NCBI GenBank assembly: GCA_963737655.1
Contig: CAVTTN010000002.1
Coordinates: forward strand, 4,160,001-4,224,000
Direction of reading: 5' to 3'
From: an uncultured Planctomycetota bacterium
Lineage (GTDB): Bacteria; Planctomycetota; Planctomycetia; Isosphaerales; Isosphaeraceae
DNA: 64,000 nucleotides
The translations under genes were made by a program, and so were the position numbers. Positions 52,828 to 62,382 of the stretch are shown here, in pieces; the first letter of the stretch is position 1; each line of letters begins with the position of its first letter. The notes under the pieces were generated by a model. It did not search any database, was not told where the DNA came from, and worked only from the letters and a program-made list of their open reading frames with translations.

Positions 52828-53447
52828 AGCACGTTGTCGAAGCTCAGGCCCGCCCTCCGGGCCATCTCCTTCAGGCGGGCGACGGTCTGGAATTTGTAGC
52901 TGGCGACGGCCTGTTCGGTGATCCCCAGGTACTTCGCGACGTCCTTGTTCGCCCATCCCTTGACGATCAGGAGCTCCAGGCACCGGAGGCGGGCGAAATC
53001 GCCGCGATCGAGCCAGTCGCGGACGAGGTCGCCGAGGGATTCGGCCAGCATCCGCTCCTCGGCCACCCGGCGTTCGTCGCTCCGGGCGATGCTGGAGGCC
53101 GCTCGGATGTTGCCGGCGACCTCTTCGAGGGGGCGGCCGTGGTCGTCCGAACCGAACTGGTCGATCGGCCTCCGGCCCTGGCGGCGGAGGTGGTCCGTCA
53201 GCTTGTGGGCGGCGATCGAGAAGAGGTACGCCTCCAGGTCGCGGGCCTCGTCGTAGTGCGGGAGGCTCGTCAGGAAGCCGATGAACGTCTCCTGGACGGT
53301 GTCCTCGGCGGCGGCCCGGTCGTGGATGCGACTATCGACGAAGGCGAGGAGCCGCCCCTCATACCGCTCGATCAGCCCGTTCCACGCCCGGGCGTCGCCG
53401 TCGCGGACTTGGCGGATCAGGAGTTTCTCGGCGTCGGTCGTCGCCAT
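52824..53447 (-). CDS. ECF sigma factor
   Basis: LIERYEGRL, AEDTVQETF, YLFSIAAHKLTDHLRR, NKDVAKYLGITEQAV; start placed at MATTD. Confidence 0.88.
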   Translation of the reverse strand: MATTDAEKLLIRQVRDGDARAWNGLIERYEGRLLAFVDSRIHDRAAAEDTVQETFIGFLTSLPHYDEARDLEAYLFSIAAHKLTDHLRRQGRRPIDQFGSDDHGRPLEEVAGNIRAASSIARSDERRVAEERMLAESLGDLVRDWLDRGDFARLRCLELLIVKGWANKDVAKYLGITEQAVASYKFQTVARLKEMARRAGLSFDNVL

Positions 53448-53503
53448 CGCGCGGGGTCTCGCACGCCTCTCCCGGCCGGGAACGACACCCGTCCGATCCG
53501 CCC

Positions 53504-53609
53504 ATTCTAATCGCGACGGCGAGGCGATGGCTACGGGGCACCCGGATCGGCCCGGACCGGCCACCGGGCCAGGAGGGGCTGGGCCTTCGGGTCGCCGCCG
53601 TGATAGAAT
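53504..53609. promoter_or_regulatory. Candidate divergent -10 elements
   Basis: TAGAAT on the minus strand (53504-53509) and extended TGaTAGAAT on the plus strand (53601-53609), standing out in GC-rich DNA. Confidence 0.45.
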
Positions 53610-53701
53610 CGGCCCGTCCGCTCCATTTCCTCGGCCGGTCGTGCCCTCGGCCGGGTCTCCGCCATCGTCCTCGTCATCGGCCCCGAGGCCGGGGTGTCGC
53701 C

Positions 53702-55507
53702 ATGCTCTGCCCGGATCGCCCGTCGCGGCGGCGAGGCCTGGCCTTCGCCGCGTTGGTCCTCGTCGCGATCGCCGGATGCGACGCCAGGGTGTCTTCCTCC
53801 ACGTCCGGCTCGGCCCCTCCTCCCGCTCCTCCGCCACCGACGCCCCCGACCATCGAGGCCGCGGCCGCACCCGATGCCATCCGGTTCGAGGACGTGGCGA
53901 GGCCCTGGGGAATCGACTTCGTCCACGTCTCCGGGATGACGCCCGAGAAGCTCAACCCCTCCGCCAACGGCTCCGGCGTCGCCATCTTCGACTACGACGG
54001 CGACGGCAAGATGGACCTCTACCTCGCGTCCACGACCACCCTGCCCGTCGGCAAGGAACCCCGAGGCCGGAACCGCCTGTACCGCAACCTCGGCGGAGGC
54101 AAGTTCCAGGACGTGACCGAGACGGCGGGCGTCGGCTTCCGGGGCGAGTGTCACGGAGTGATCGCCGGGGACCTCGACAACGACGGCGACCCCGACTTGA
54201 TCCTCTGCAACTACGGCCCCAACGTCCTGTACCTCAACAACGGCGACGGCACGTTCCGCGACGCCACCAGGGACGCCGGGCTCGGCCGCCCCAACGCCGT
54301 CGATTCGAAGAGCCCGAACTGGTCGTCCGGCGGCGCCCTGATCGACTACGACAATGACGGCGATCTCGACGTCTACATCGCCAACTATGCCGATTGGAAC
54401 TACGAACGCGACCGGGACAAGTATTGCGGTCATCCCGACAAGCAGGTGAGGTTCTATTGCGGGCCCAAGGACCTCGAGCAGACCCGCCACGACCTCTACC
54501 GCAACGACGGCCCGAAGGACGGCGTCCCGCGCTTCTCCGACGTGACCGAGGCCGCCGGCCTCGCCCGCAAGGACGGCCACGGCTTCGCCGCCGTCGCCGC
54601 CGACCTCAACGGCGACGGCAAGATCGACCTGAACGTCGCCAACGACCAGTGCCCGGCGTTCCTCTTCCTGAACAACGGCGACGGCACGTTCCGCGACGCC
54701 ACCGAGAGCTCGGGGGCCGCCTTCGACGACAAGGGCCAGGCCCTCTCCGGGATGGGCGTCGACGCCGAGGACCTCGACGGCGACGGCCTCCCCGAGCTGT
54801 TCCGCTCCCATTTCTCCAAGGAATACAACACCATCCACCAGAACCTGGGCGACGGCCAGTTCGCCGACTGGACCCCGGGCTGGGGGATGAACATGGACAG
54901 CATGCCCTACGTCGGCTGGGGCTGCGTCCTCACGGACTTCGACAACGACGGCTGGCCCGACGCCTTCGTCGCCAACGGCCACACCGACGACAATTACCAC
55001 CTGATCGGCCGCGCCGACGAGCCGTTCGCCCAGCCCCCCCTGCTCCATCGCAACGTCGCGTCCCGGAAGGGCCGAAAATTCGCGATGGTCAACGCCTCCG
55101 CCGGACCGTTCTTCACCTCGGACCACGTGGCGAGGGGCGTGGCGCAGGGCGACCTCGACGACGACGGCCGGATCGACCTGGTGGTCAGCGTGATGGATCG
55201 GCCGGCGGCGGTCCTCCGCAACACCACGGACTCCGGCAACCGCTGGATTCGCCTGGACCTCCGGGGCACGAAGTCCAATCGCGACGCCCTCGGAGCCAGG
55301 GTGGAAGTGATCGCCGACGGCCGGACGATCCATCGGCAGAAGAAGGGCGGCGTGAGCCTCGGCTCCTCGCACGACCCGAGGCTCCTCATCGGCATCGGCA
55401 AGGCCGAGAAGGTCTCGCAAGTCACGATCCGATGGCCCTCCGGAGGCCCGCCCACCGTCCTCCGAGACCTGGCGACGGGGCAGACTCACACGGTGGTCGA
55501 ACCGTAG
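53702..55507 (+). CDS. CRTAC1-family FG-GAP/VCBS + ASPIC/UnbV lipoprotein
   Basis: Lipobox IAGC; repeated D(Y/L)DNDGDxDL motifs; C-terminal SNRDALGARV..IRWPSG. Confidence 0.9.
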   Translation: MLCPDRPSRRRGLAFAALVLVAIAGCDARVSSSTSGSAPPPAPPPPTPPTIEAAAAPDAIRFEDVARPWGIDFVHVSGMTPEKLNPSANGSGVAIFDYDGDGKMDLYLASTTTLPVGKEPRGRNRLYRNLGGGKFQDVTETAGVGFRGECHGVIAGDLDNDGDPDLILCNYGPNVLYLNNGDGTFRDATRDAGLGRPNAVDSKSPNWSSGGALIDYDNDGDLDVYIANYADWNYERDRDKYCGHPDKQVRFYCGPKDLEQTRHDLYRNDGPKDGVPRFSDVTEAAGLARKDGHGFAAVAADLNGDGKIDLNVANDQCPAFLFLNNGDGTFRDATESSGAAFDDKGQALSGMGVDAEDLDGDGLPELFRSHFSKEYNTIHQNLGDGQFADWTPGWGMNMDSMPYVGWGCVLTDFDNDGWPDAFVANGHTDDNYHLIGRADEPFAQPPLLHRNVASRKGRKFAMVNASAGPFFTSDHVARGVAQGDLDDDGRIDLVVSVMDRPAAVLRNTTDSGNRWIRLDLRGTKSNRDALGARVEVIADGRTIHRQKKGGVSLGSSHDPRLLIGIGKAEKVSQVTIRWPSGGPPTVLRDLATGQTHTVVEP

Positions 55508-55667
55508 GGTGCATGCAATGCACCGTCATGTAGGGTGCATGAAATGCACCAACCCCGCGGCGGCCAAAAGGCCGCCCACCATTTTCCACCCTCCCATTCC
55601 GCGAGATCCCCGAGGAAGGGCGAGCGGCCGAGGTCCCCGGTGTCTTGGTGCATCCCTTGCACCCGAC
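55504..55667. repeat. Cluster of three GTAG-family REPs (two tandem, one inverted)
   Basis: GTAGGGTGCATGCAATGCACC 55504-55524; GTAGGGTGCATGAAATGCACC 55530-55550; inverted GGTGCATCCCTTGCACCCGAC 55647-55667. Confidence 0.82.
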
Positions 55668-55687
55668 CGAACCATGCGAACCCCATC

Positions 55688-57490
55688 TCATGAGAAGATG
55701 AGGAACTCGTGGGGTCGCATCCGAGACGACGGCGCCTCCCCCTCGGCCCCGAATTCGGCGACCTCCGAACGAAACGCCGGCGTCTCACCCGCGAGCTCGG
55801 TCGGCCACGGCCGATCCTCGCCCGAGAGGTTGAAGACGATCCGCAACTCGGCGACTCCGTCCTTCCCGCCTCGGACGACCTCCAGCACGTCCCCGTGGTG
55901 AATCCGGGTCCGGGCGTGCGAGAAGTCGCGGAGCGTCGGCCATTCCCGCCTCATCCTCAACAATTCGGAGTGCAGCCGGCGAATCCCCGCCCGGACCGGG
56001 TCCGACCAGTCCCAGCTCAGGATCGCGAGGTCCCTGGTCGAGCTCGCCACCGGGTCGGGCGGCTCGGCGTCCCAGCCGAAATGGGCGAACTCGCGTTTCC
56101 GGCCCTCGCGGACGGCCTGGATGAGTTCCGGGCTCTCGAAGTCGCAGAAGAACGGGAACGGCGACGTTTCGCCATATTCTTGGCCCATGAACAGGAGCGG
56201 CAGGCGAGGGGCCAGCAGCAAGATCCCCGCCGCCAGCCTCGCCAGCGAGGGCCGCTCGCTCGTCGCCACGCGGTCGGACTTCAAACGGTTGCCGACCTGA
56301 TCGTGATTTTGCGTGAAGGCAAGAAAACGGTCCCCCGAGAACTCGACGGCCGGAGTCCCATGCCTCCGCCCCCGGAATTTGCTGTAATTGCCGTCGTTGA
56401 CGAACACCCGCTCCAGGGCCTTCGCCAGCGCGGGCGCCCCGGAGGCGAAATCGGCGTAGTACCCATCGACCTCGCCGGTCAGGACCACGTGGGCGGCATG
56501 ATGGAAATCGTCGTTCCAGTGGCCATCGAGGCCGTATCCTCCGCGATCGAGGGGATGGAGGAACCGCGGGGCGTCGTTCAGGTCCGTCTCGGCGAAGACG
56601 TGGACCGGGAACCCCCGGTTTTCGGCCTCGCGATGGGCGACCTCGGCCACTTCCGACAGGATATGCCGGGGACTGCGATCGTAGATTTGATCGGCGGCGT
56701 CGAGCCTCAGCCCATCGACGTGAAAATCCCGGACCCACATCCTCGCGTTGTCCAAGACCATCCGGCGGACCGGGTCGCACCCCCGGCCGTCGAAGTTGAT
56801 CGCCGGGCCCCAGTCGCTCTGGGTTTTTTCGCTCAGGTAGTCGCCGAACCGGGGGAAGACGTTGCCGTCGGGGCCGAAGTGGTTGTAGATGACATCCAGG
56901 AAGACCGCCAGCCCGCGTCGATGGCACTCGCCGATCAACCGACGGAGCGCCTCGGGGCCTCCATAGGTCTGTTGAACGGCGAACGGGAACACGCCGTCAT
57001 AACCCCAGCTCCGCGACCCCGGGAACTGGCCAACCGGCATCAGCTCGACGGCCGTGATCCCCAGGTCGCGAAGGGCGTCGAGCCGGGGGACGATCGCATC
57101 GAAAGTCCCTTCGGGCGTGAACGTGCCGACGTGCAGCTCATAAACGATCAGGTCGGCCCTCGCCACGCCCTTCCAGTCGCGATCGCCCGACTGATCTATC
57201 TGGTCGGTGAAGAAAACGGCGGAGGGCCGATGAATCCCGTCGGGCTGGAACCGCGAGAGCGGATCGGGCCTCGGCTCCTCGCCGTCGAGCGCATAGGAAT
57301 AGCGCAGGCCGGGGCCGGAAAACGGCGCCTCGGCCGCGAAGAAGCCCCGGGGGAGCGATTCCATCGCGATCCGGCGATCGTCGAGGACCAGTTCGACGGC
57401 CTTCGCCTTCGGGGCCCAGACGCACCACCGGGCCGACTCCGGGCCGGTCGGGATCACGCCCTCGGGGGGCAATTCGGGGTCATCGATCAC
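55688..57490 (-). CDS. treZ: Malto-oligosyltrehalose trehalohydrolase (GH13)
   Basis: VWAPKA, YELHVGTFTPEGTF, WGYDGV, DGLRLDA, QNHDQVGNR, LFMGQEYG. Confidence 0.92.
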   Translation of the reverse strand: MIDDPELPPEGVIPTGPESARWCVWAPKAKAVELVLDDRRIAMESLPRGFFAAEAPFSGPGLRYSYALDGEEPRPDPLSRFQPDGIHRPSAVFFTDQIDQSGDRDWKGVARADLIVYELHVGTFTPEGTFDAIVPRLDALRDLGITAVELMPVGQFPGSRSWGYDGVFPFAVQQTYGGPEALRRLIGECHRRGLAVFLDVIYNHFGPDGNVFPRFGDYLSEKTQSDWGPAINFDGRGCDPVRRMVLDNARMWVRDFHVDGLRLDAADQIYDRSPRHILSEVAEVAHREAENRGFPVHVFAETDLNDAPRFLHPLDRGGYGLDGHWNDDFHHAAHVVLTGEVDGYYADFASGAPALAKALERVFVNDGNYSKFRGRRHGTPAVEFSGDRFLAFTQNHDQVGNRLKSDRVATSERPSLARLAAGILLLAPRLPLLFMGQEYGETSPFPFFCDFESPELIQAVREGRKREFAHFGWDAEPPDPVASSTRDLAILSWDWSDPVRAGIRRLHSELLRMRREWPTLRDFSHARTRIHHGDVLEVVRGGKDGVAELRIVFNLSGEDRPWPTELAGETPAFRSEVAEFGAEGEAPSSRMRPHEFLIFS

Positions 57491-57555
57491 GGGGGGCGGG
57501 CCTCGTCGCGAAACGTGGGATCAACGCCCCAAAATGCGAAGCAACCGGCGCGCCA

Positions 57556-58236
57556 TCAGGGAGGGAGGATGTCCGAGACGAGGATTCGCCCGACCTCGGT
57601 CCCATCGATCACGACCGGGACCGCCTCGCCGGCCCGGAACGTCCGGCACGACGCGAATCGAGGATCGGGGCCGGGCCCGGTCGGGTCGGAATAGACCTCG
57701 ATCACGTCCGAGACGAGGTTCGCGATCCAGGCCAGCGCGACGTTCGCCCAGGCCAACCGCGGGAGTCCGAGCCGATCGTCGCGAAGGGTCGAATCGGCGA
57801 CTTCCACCACGAAGAGGACGTCGGCGGGCGTGGGCCTCCGATGGAGATAGTCGCGGATCGAGCCCCGGATGATCGCCAGGTCAGGCTCCGGCTCGCTGGC
57901 GAAGCCCGAGGGGCCGTCGGGCAGGAGGATCGGGTCTTCCTTCCTCACCCAGAAACCCGGCGGAAGCACCTTCGTAAGAGCCTCCAGGGCAAGGTAGGTC
58001 GCCGCGACGTGACGTTCGCCCTTGGTCAGCTTTCGAACGAGCATCCCGTCGAGGAGGACGATCGGTGCCCCTTCCTGGAGAATGCCCGATCGCGTCATTC
58101 GATCGACCTGGTCCGGCGAGAACCGATAGAACCGCTCCTCGATCGGGGCCGGAGGATCGACCCGCGAGGCCGGAGTGGCCGCGATCGGCCCATCCTCGGA
58201 CGGATCGATCGCGACGGGCCTCGCGACGGTCGCCAT
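57556..58236 (-). CDS. Uma2 (DUF820) family endonuclease
   Basis: EPEPDLAII..FVVEVADSTLRDDR..WIANL..IEVYSDP. Confidence 0.88.
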   Translation of the reverse strand: MATVARPVAIDPSEDGPIAATPASRVDPPAPIEERFYRFSPDQVDRMTRSGILQEGAPIVLLDGMLVRKLTKGERHVAATYLALEALTKVLPPGFWVRKEDPILLPDGPSGFASEPEPDLAIIRGSIRDYLHRRPTPADVLFVVEVADSTLRDDRLGLPRLAWANVALAWIANLVSDVIEVYSDPTGPGPDPRFASCRTFRAGEAVPVVIDGTEVGRILVSDILPP

Positions 58237-58254
58237 TCCGCTCGCCCCCGACGA

Positions 58255-59937
58255 TCAGACCGTGAACAGATCCTGGGTCGAAGGGTCTTCGACCAGCGAC
58301 AGCAGCAAAGACCGGCTCTTGTCGCGGGTCTCGCCGATCGCGGTCACGTAGACGGCCGGGTCGTCCTTCACGGGGCATTCGTGCTCGCAGATCCCGCAGC
58401 CGATGCACTTCTCGGGGTCGATCTCGGGGCGCTTGAGCTCCTTGGTCTGGCCCCAGCGGTCGGTGATCGTCACGTTCCGGGTGAAGATGGCCTTGGGGCT
58501 GACCGGGCAGACCTCCTCGCAGACGACGCAGTGGGTGTCCATCGCCCAGGGGAGGCAGCGGCCCCGGTTGTAGAAGGCCGTCCCGGTCTTGATCGGGCCC
58601 TTGGATTCGAACGGGCCGACGCCGAGCTTTTCGGTGATCGAGATCTCGCGGATCGCCCCGGTGGGGCAGACCTGGCTGCAGAGCGTGCAATTCAGCTCGC
58701 ACCAGCCCATCTTCGAGATCATGATCGGCGTCCAGAGCCCCTCGACGCCCGCCTCGAACATCGCCGGCTGGAGGACGTTGGTCGGGCACACGCGGATGCA
58801 CTGGTCGCACTTGATGCAGCGGCGGAGGAACTCGTCCTCGGCCACCGAGCCCGGGGGGCGGATCACGGCCTTGTTGAAGTTCTTGCGGACCCCGCCGGAG
58901 AGCCGGGCCATCGGGAAGAACAGGACGCCGAAGAGGCCCGCCAGCATCAGTTGCCGCCGGCCGATCGCCGGGGCGGTCACTTCGCTCGCCTTCCTCGGCA
59001 GGAAGCGGAACGCCAGGGCGTCGTGGGGGCAATCCTCGATGCAATTCAGGCAGACGAAGCACTCGGACTTCCTCAGATCGGCCTGGGGGTCGCTCGCCCC
59101 CTCGCACGACTTCAGGCAGAGGTCGCAATCGGTGCAGCGGACCGGGTCGCGGTCGATCCTCCAGATCGCGAACCGGCTGAAGATCCCCAGCAACGCCCCG
59201 AGGGGACAGACCACCCGGCAGAAGAACCGGGGAATCCACCAGTTGGCCACGAGGAACCCGACGAAGATCACTCCGACGACCCAGCCCCACATGTCTTCCC
59301 GGGGTTCGGTGTACACGCCCTCGGTCGTCTTGTGGACCGTGGGCAGGACGCTGGTGGTCATCGAGCGGACGGTCAGGGCGATCGGGTCGAGCAGGCCGAT
59401 CTGGAGGGTGCTGTTGCTGCCCTTGCTCTCGGCCGCAGCCCGGGAAATGCCGGTCCCGACGGCGCCGACGGCCCGGGGGACGAAATTCGGAGTCTTCGAT
59501 TCGGAGTAGGCCCTGGCGATCTCTCCCGGCGACTTCCACGCCGTGGGGACGATCCAGAGGGCGGCCATCGCGAGCATGGCGGCGAGGATGTAATACTTGA
59601 TCGCGAAGATCCGGCGATACCGGTTCGACTCGATCATCTGCTTGGTGTTCCGGCGGTTGCCGATCCAGCCGAAGAAGTGGTGGAGGATGCCGAACGGGCA
59701 CATCCAGTTGCACCAGACCCGCCCGAGCATCATCGTGATGGCGATGATCACCAGGCCCCAGACGAGGTTGCGGTAGAGCGTGTGGGTCGTCAGCGCGGTG
59801 GAGACCGCCACCAGGGGGGTGGCCTCCAGGAAGAACGAGACCGGCCACCCCTTCAGGTAGCGGAGGTCGGTGATGATCAGGAAGAACAGGAAGAGGCCGA
59901 GGGCGAGGGCCTCATAGGCGCGGCGAATCTTGACCAT
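58255..59937 (-). CDS. Membrane polyferredoxin (NapH/MauN-like 4Fe-4S binding protein)
   Basis: GRVWCNWMCPFG, RFFCRVVCPLG, multiple CxxCxxCxxxCP motifs, TMs. Confidence 0.9.
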   Translation of the reverse strand: MVKIRRAYEALALGLFLFFLIITDLRYLKGWPVSFFLEATPLVAVSTALTTHTLYRNLVWGLVIIAITMMLGRVWCNWMCPFGILHHFFGWIGNRRNTKQMIESNRYRRIFAIKYYILAAMLAMAALWIVPTAWKSPGEIARAYSESKTPNFVPRAVGAVGTGISRAAAESKGSNSTLQIGLLDPIALTVRSMTTSVLPTVHKTTEGVYTEPREDMWGWVVGVIFVGFLVANWWIPRFFCRVVCPLGALLGIFSRFAIWRIDRDPVRCTDCDLCLKSCEGASDPQADLRKSECFVCLNCIEDCPHDALAFRFLPRKASEVTAPAIGRRQLMLAGLFGVLFFPMARLSGGVRKNFNKAVIRPPGSVAEDEFLRRCIKCDQCIRVCPTNVLQPAMFEAGVEGLWTPIMISKMGWCELNCTLCSQVCPTGAIREISITEKLGVGPFESKGPIKTGTAFYNRGRCLPWAMDTHCVVCEEVCPVSPKAIFTRNVTITDRWGQTKELKRPEIDPEKCIGCGICEHECPVKDDPAVYVTAIGETRDKSRSLLLSLVEDPSTQDLFTV

Positions 59938-60609
59938 TTATGAAGTCCCTCCGGCGGGGGGCGGCGTCTCGGGTCGGGGGCGTTTGGGCGGGTCCCAGGC
60001 GTCGGCCCTGGAGAGCAAGCGGGCGAGCGGCAGTTCGAAACCGGGGAGGAGGTCGGTCCGGTAAGTCTCAGGCTCGGCGACGATCACGGTCGTCCCGCCG
60101 TCCGGCCCGTACCGATTCACCGCCATCATACGGCGGAATCGGTCGATGATCCAATACTCGCGGCCCCCGACCTCGCGATATTCCCGGGCCTTGACCTCGT
60201 AGTCGCGAAGATAGTCCCGCTTCCGGCCCGAGACGATCTCGATCACGATGGTGGGGATGTCCCGCTCCAGGTCGGGAGTCCGCCCCAAACCGACCCAGAT
60301 GGCCCGATCGGCTCTTCGGCGGTTGGGGGTCGTGGCGATCGTCTGTTCGAGCAGTGTCAGGTCGAGTGCTCGGCCTTCAGGGGAGGTATCTCCATAGAGC
60401 CGGAGTCGATATCCGAGCTCGTCGTTCGGGTTCCGCTCCCCACCGCCCGGAGGCGGCGTCACGATCAGGACTCCCTGGACCAATTCGTAGCGAAAATGCG
60501 GCACGAAGTCGGCGGAATCGAACTCCGACGGGCTCAGCAAGATCCCCGCCGAGCCCGGTCCCAGCCGCCTCGTCCGAGCTTTCGGAGCGATCGTCGCCAT
60601 TGGGGTCAT
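59938..60609 (-). CDS. Uma2 (DUF820) family endonuclease
   Basis: YELVQGVLIV, RRADRAIW, IVIEIVS, KAREY..EYWIID, LLPGFEL. Confidence 0.88.
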   Translation of the reverse strand: MTPMATIAPKARTRRLGPGSAGILLSPSEFDSADFVPHFRYELVQGVLIVTPPPGGGERNPNDELGYRLRLYGDTSPEGRALDLTLLEQTIATTPNRRRADRAIWVGLGRTPDLERDIPTIVIEIVSGRKRDYLRDYEVKAREYREVGGREYWIIDRFRRMMAVNRYGPDGGTTVIVAEPETYRTDLLPGFELPLARLLSRADAWDPPKRPRPETPPPAGGTS

Positions 60610-60633
60610 CCCGTGAGAGTCGGATCGGCCGTT

Positions 60634-61242
60634 CTAGAGGATTCCGGCCAGGTCCAGGACGAACCCGGGGAGGACGTCCTCTCCGGAAAGCGTGGCCGGA
60701 GACGAGGGGATCTCGACCTCCCGGCCCGGCCGATCGATCTCGACCTCGCCGGCATGGGGGTCGATCAGCCAGCCGAGCCGGACTCCCTGCGAGAGATATT
60801 CTTGCATCTTGCGGCGAAGCGTGGGCTTCGAGTCGCTCTCGGAGCGGAGTTCCGCCACGAAATCGGGGTAGACATGGGAGAACCGCTTGCGGTCCTCCTC
60901 CGGGATCGCCTCCCATCGGTCCAGGGAGAGCCAGCAGGCGTCGGGGCTGCGGATCGCCGTGTTCGGCAGGGTGAACCCGGCCGAGGAGTCGAAGGCCACG
61001 CCGAGTCCGGTCCGCTCATTCCAGAGCCAGAGCTGGCCGGAGAGGCTGATGTTGCGGCGTCCGGAATCCATCCCCGCGGGCGCCATGGCGATGAGTTCCC
61101 CTTCGGCGGTCCTCTCCAGCCTCATCTCCGGGTTCGCCCGGCAGAGCGCGTAGAAGGCCCGTTCCGACACCTTCAACCCGGGGCGGGTCGGCAGTCGGAG
61201 GAGGACTTCCTCTCGGGTCGCTCTCGGCCGGGCCGACGCCAT
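60634..61242 (-). CDS. Uma2 (DUF820) family endonuclease
   Basis: FDSSAGFTLPN..RSPDA, PDFVAELRS, KMQEY..LGWLIDP, LPGFVLDL. Confidence 0.92.
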   Translation of the reverse strand: MASARPRATREEVLLRLPTRPGLKVSERAFYALCRANPEMRLERTAEGELIAMAPAGMDSGRRNISLSGQLWLWNERTGLGVAFDSSAGFTLPNTAIRSPDACWLSLDRWEAIPEEDRKRFSHVYPDFVAELRSESDSKPTLRRKMQEYLSQGVRLGWLIDPHAGEVEIDRPGREVEIPSSPATLSGEDVLPGFVLDLAGIL

Positions 61243-61243
61243 G

Positions 61244-62317
61244 TCAGATCGTCACCTCGCTGGTCCACTGGGGGCGCCAGTCCTGGCCGAGCCCCCGGGC
61301 GATGACCTTGTCGAGATAGATGATCTCGTGCCGGGACTTCTGCAGGAGGCGGGTGACGCACCAGCTATCGACGGCCGTGCAGTCGGTGCCGACGACGATG
61401 GCGTCGGCCTTCTTCACGTCGTTCAGGCTGCCCCCGGTCGGGCCGTTCCTCATCAGGAGCTTCCGGCCGTCGGCCACGACGAAGGTGGGCTTCATCATCA
61501 GGGCGAAGTCGGAGATGATCCCGTGAATATCCTGGTGGAACTGGTTCCTCGGGTTGCCCAGCAGCCCGTACCAGTTCTTCATGGTGACCGTGGCCTTGCA
61601 GAGGTTGTGGTCCTTCACCGGGGAGACGCCGATGACCTTCGTGGCCTCGCGGAACGGCCGGTAGAACATCTTCCACGTGTTCTTGATCGTCTCTCCGCCG
61701 ACGTAGAGGTCCTCGAAGTACGAGTGCTGGGGCATCATGACCTCGGCCCCGGCCCGTTGCGCGGCCTCGCCGACCTTGGTCTTGAAGAAGCAGCTCTCGG
61801 GGTTGTTGATCGGGTTGTCGGCGACGATCACCTTCCTCGCGCCGTTCTTCAGGCAGAGCTTGACGACGGCGGCCACGGTGTCGGGCTGGCTGGTGGCGGC
61901 GAGGTCGGGGTTCTTGTCGAACGCCACGTTGGGCTTGACGACGACCACGTCCCCCTTCTTGATGAACCGGGAGATCCCGCCCATCTCCTCCAGGGCCGCG
62001 CGGACCATCTGGAACGCCTGCTCCTCGCGGGCGGCCAGGTCGTCCACGGGCGAGGACCTCACGACGACCAGGCTCGGCTTGCTCGGCATCGCCTCGACGG
62101 CGTAGTTCTTCAGGCGGACGGGCTCGGGGGGCTGGACGCCCTTCATCCCCCAGTTGTCGTGGATCAACACGCCCGCCCCGGCGGCCCCGCCGACGACCGC
62201 GGCCGTCCCGCCGACCTGCGTGAGGAATTGCCGGCGCGAGAACGGCTGCTCCGCCGGGTTCACCCCGCCGAGCCGCTCCAAATTCCGCTGCTGCGTCTTG
62301 GTCAGCTTCTCGCTCAT
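61244..62317 (-). CDS. DUF362 domain protein with Tat signal
   Basis: SRRQFL Tat motif; GDVVVVKPN, KDH, MKNWYG, DG..GPTGG, AVD. Confidence 0.88.
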   Translation of the reverse strand: MSEKLTKTQQRNLERLGGVNPAEQPFSRRQFLTQVGGTAAVVGGAAGAGVLIHDNWGMKGVQPPEPVRLKNYAVEAMPSKPSLVVVRSSPVDDLAAREEQAFQMVRAALEEMGGISRFIKKGDVVVVKPNVAFDKNPDLAATSQPDTVAAVVKLCLKNGARKVIVADNPINNPESCFFKTKVGEAAQRAGAEVMMPQHSYFEDLYVGGETIKNTWKMFYRPFREATKVIGVSPVKDHNLCKATVTMKNWYGLLGNPRNQFHQDIHGIISDFALMMKPTFVVADGRKLLMRNGPTGGSLNDVKKADAIVVGTDCTAVDSWCVTRLLQKSRHEIIYLDKVIARGLGQDWRPQWTSEVTI

Positions 62318-62382
62318 GGGTCATGTCCCGGGGAAAAAGAGGAGGGACCGCGAGGCGCCTGGCAGGAGCGGGAGGAAAGGGA

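Noticed and set aside
55504..55667. CRISPR array
   Set aside because: Only a 5-nt gap between the tandem copies, the third copy is inverted, and there are no cas genes; fits REPs.
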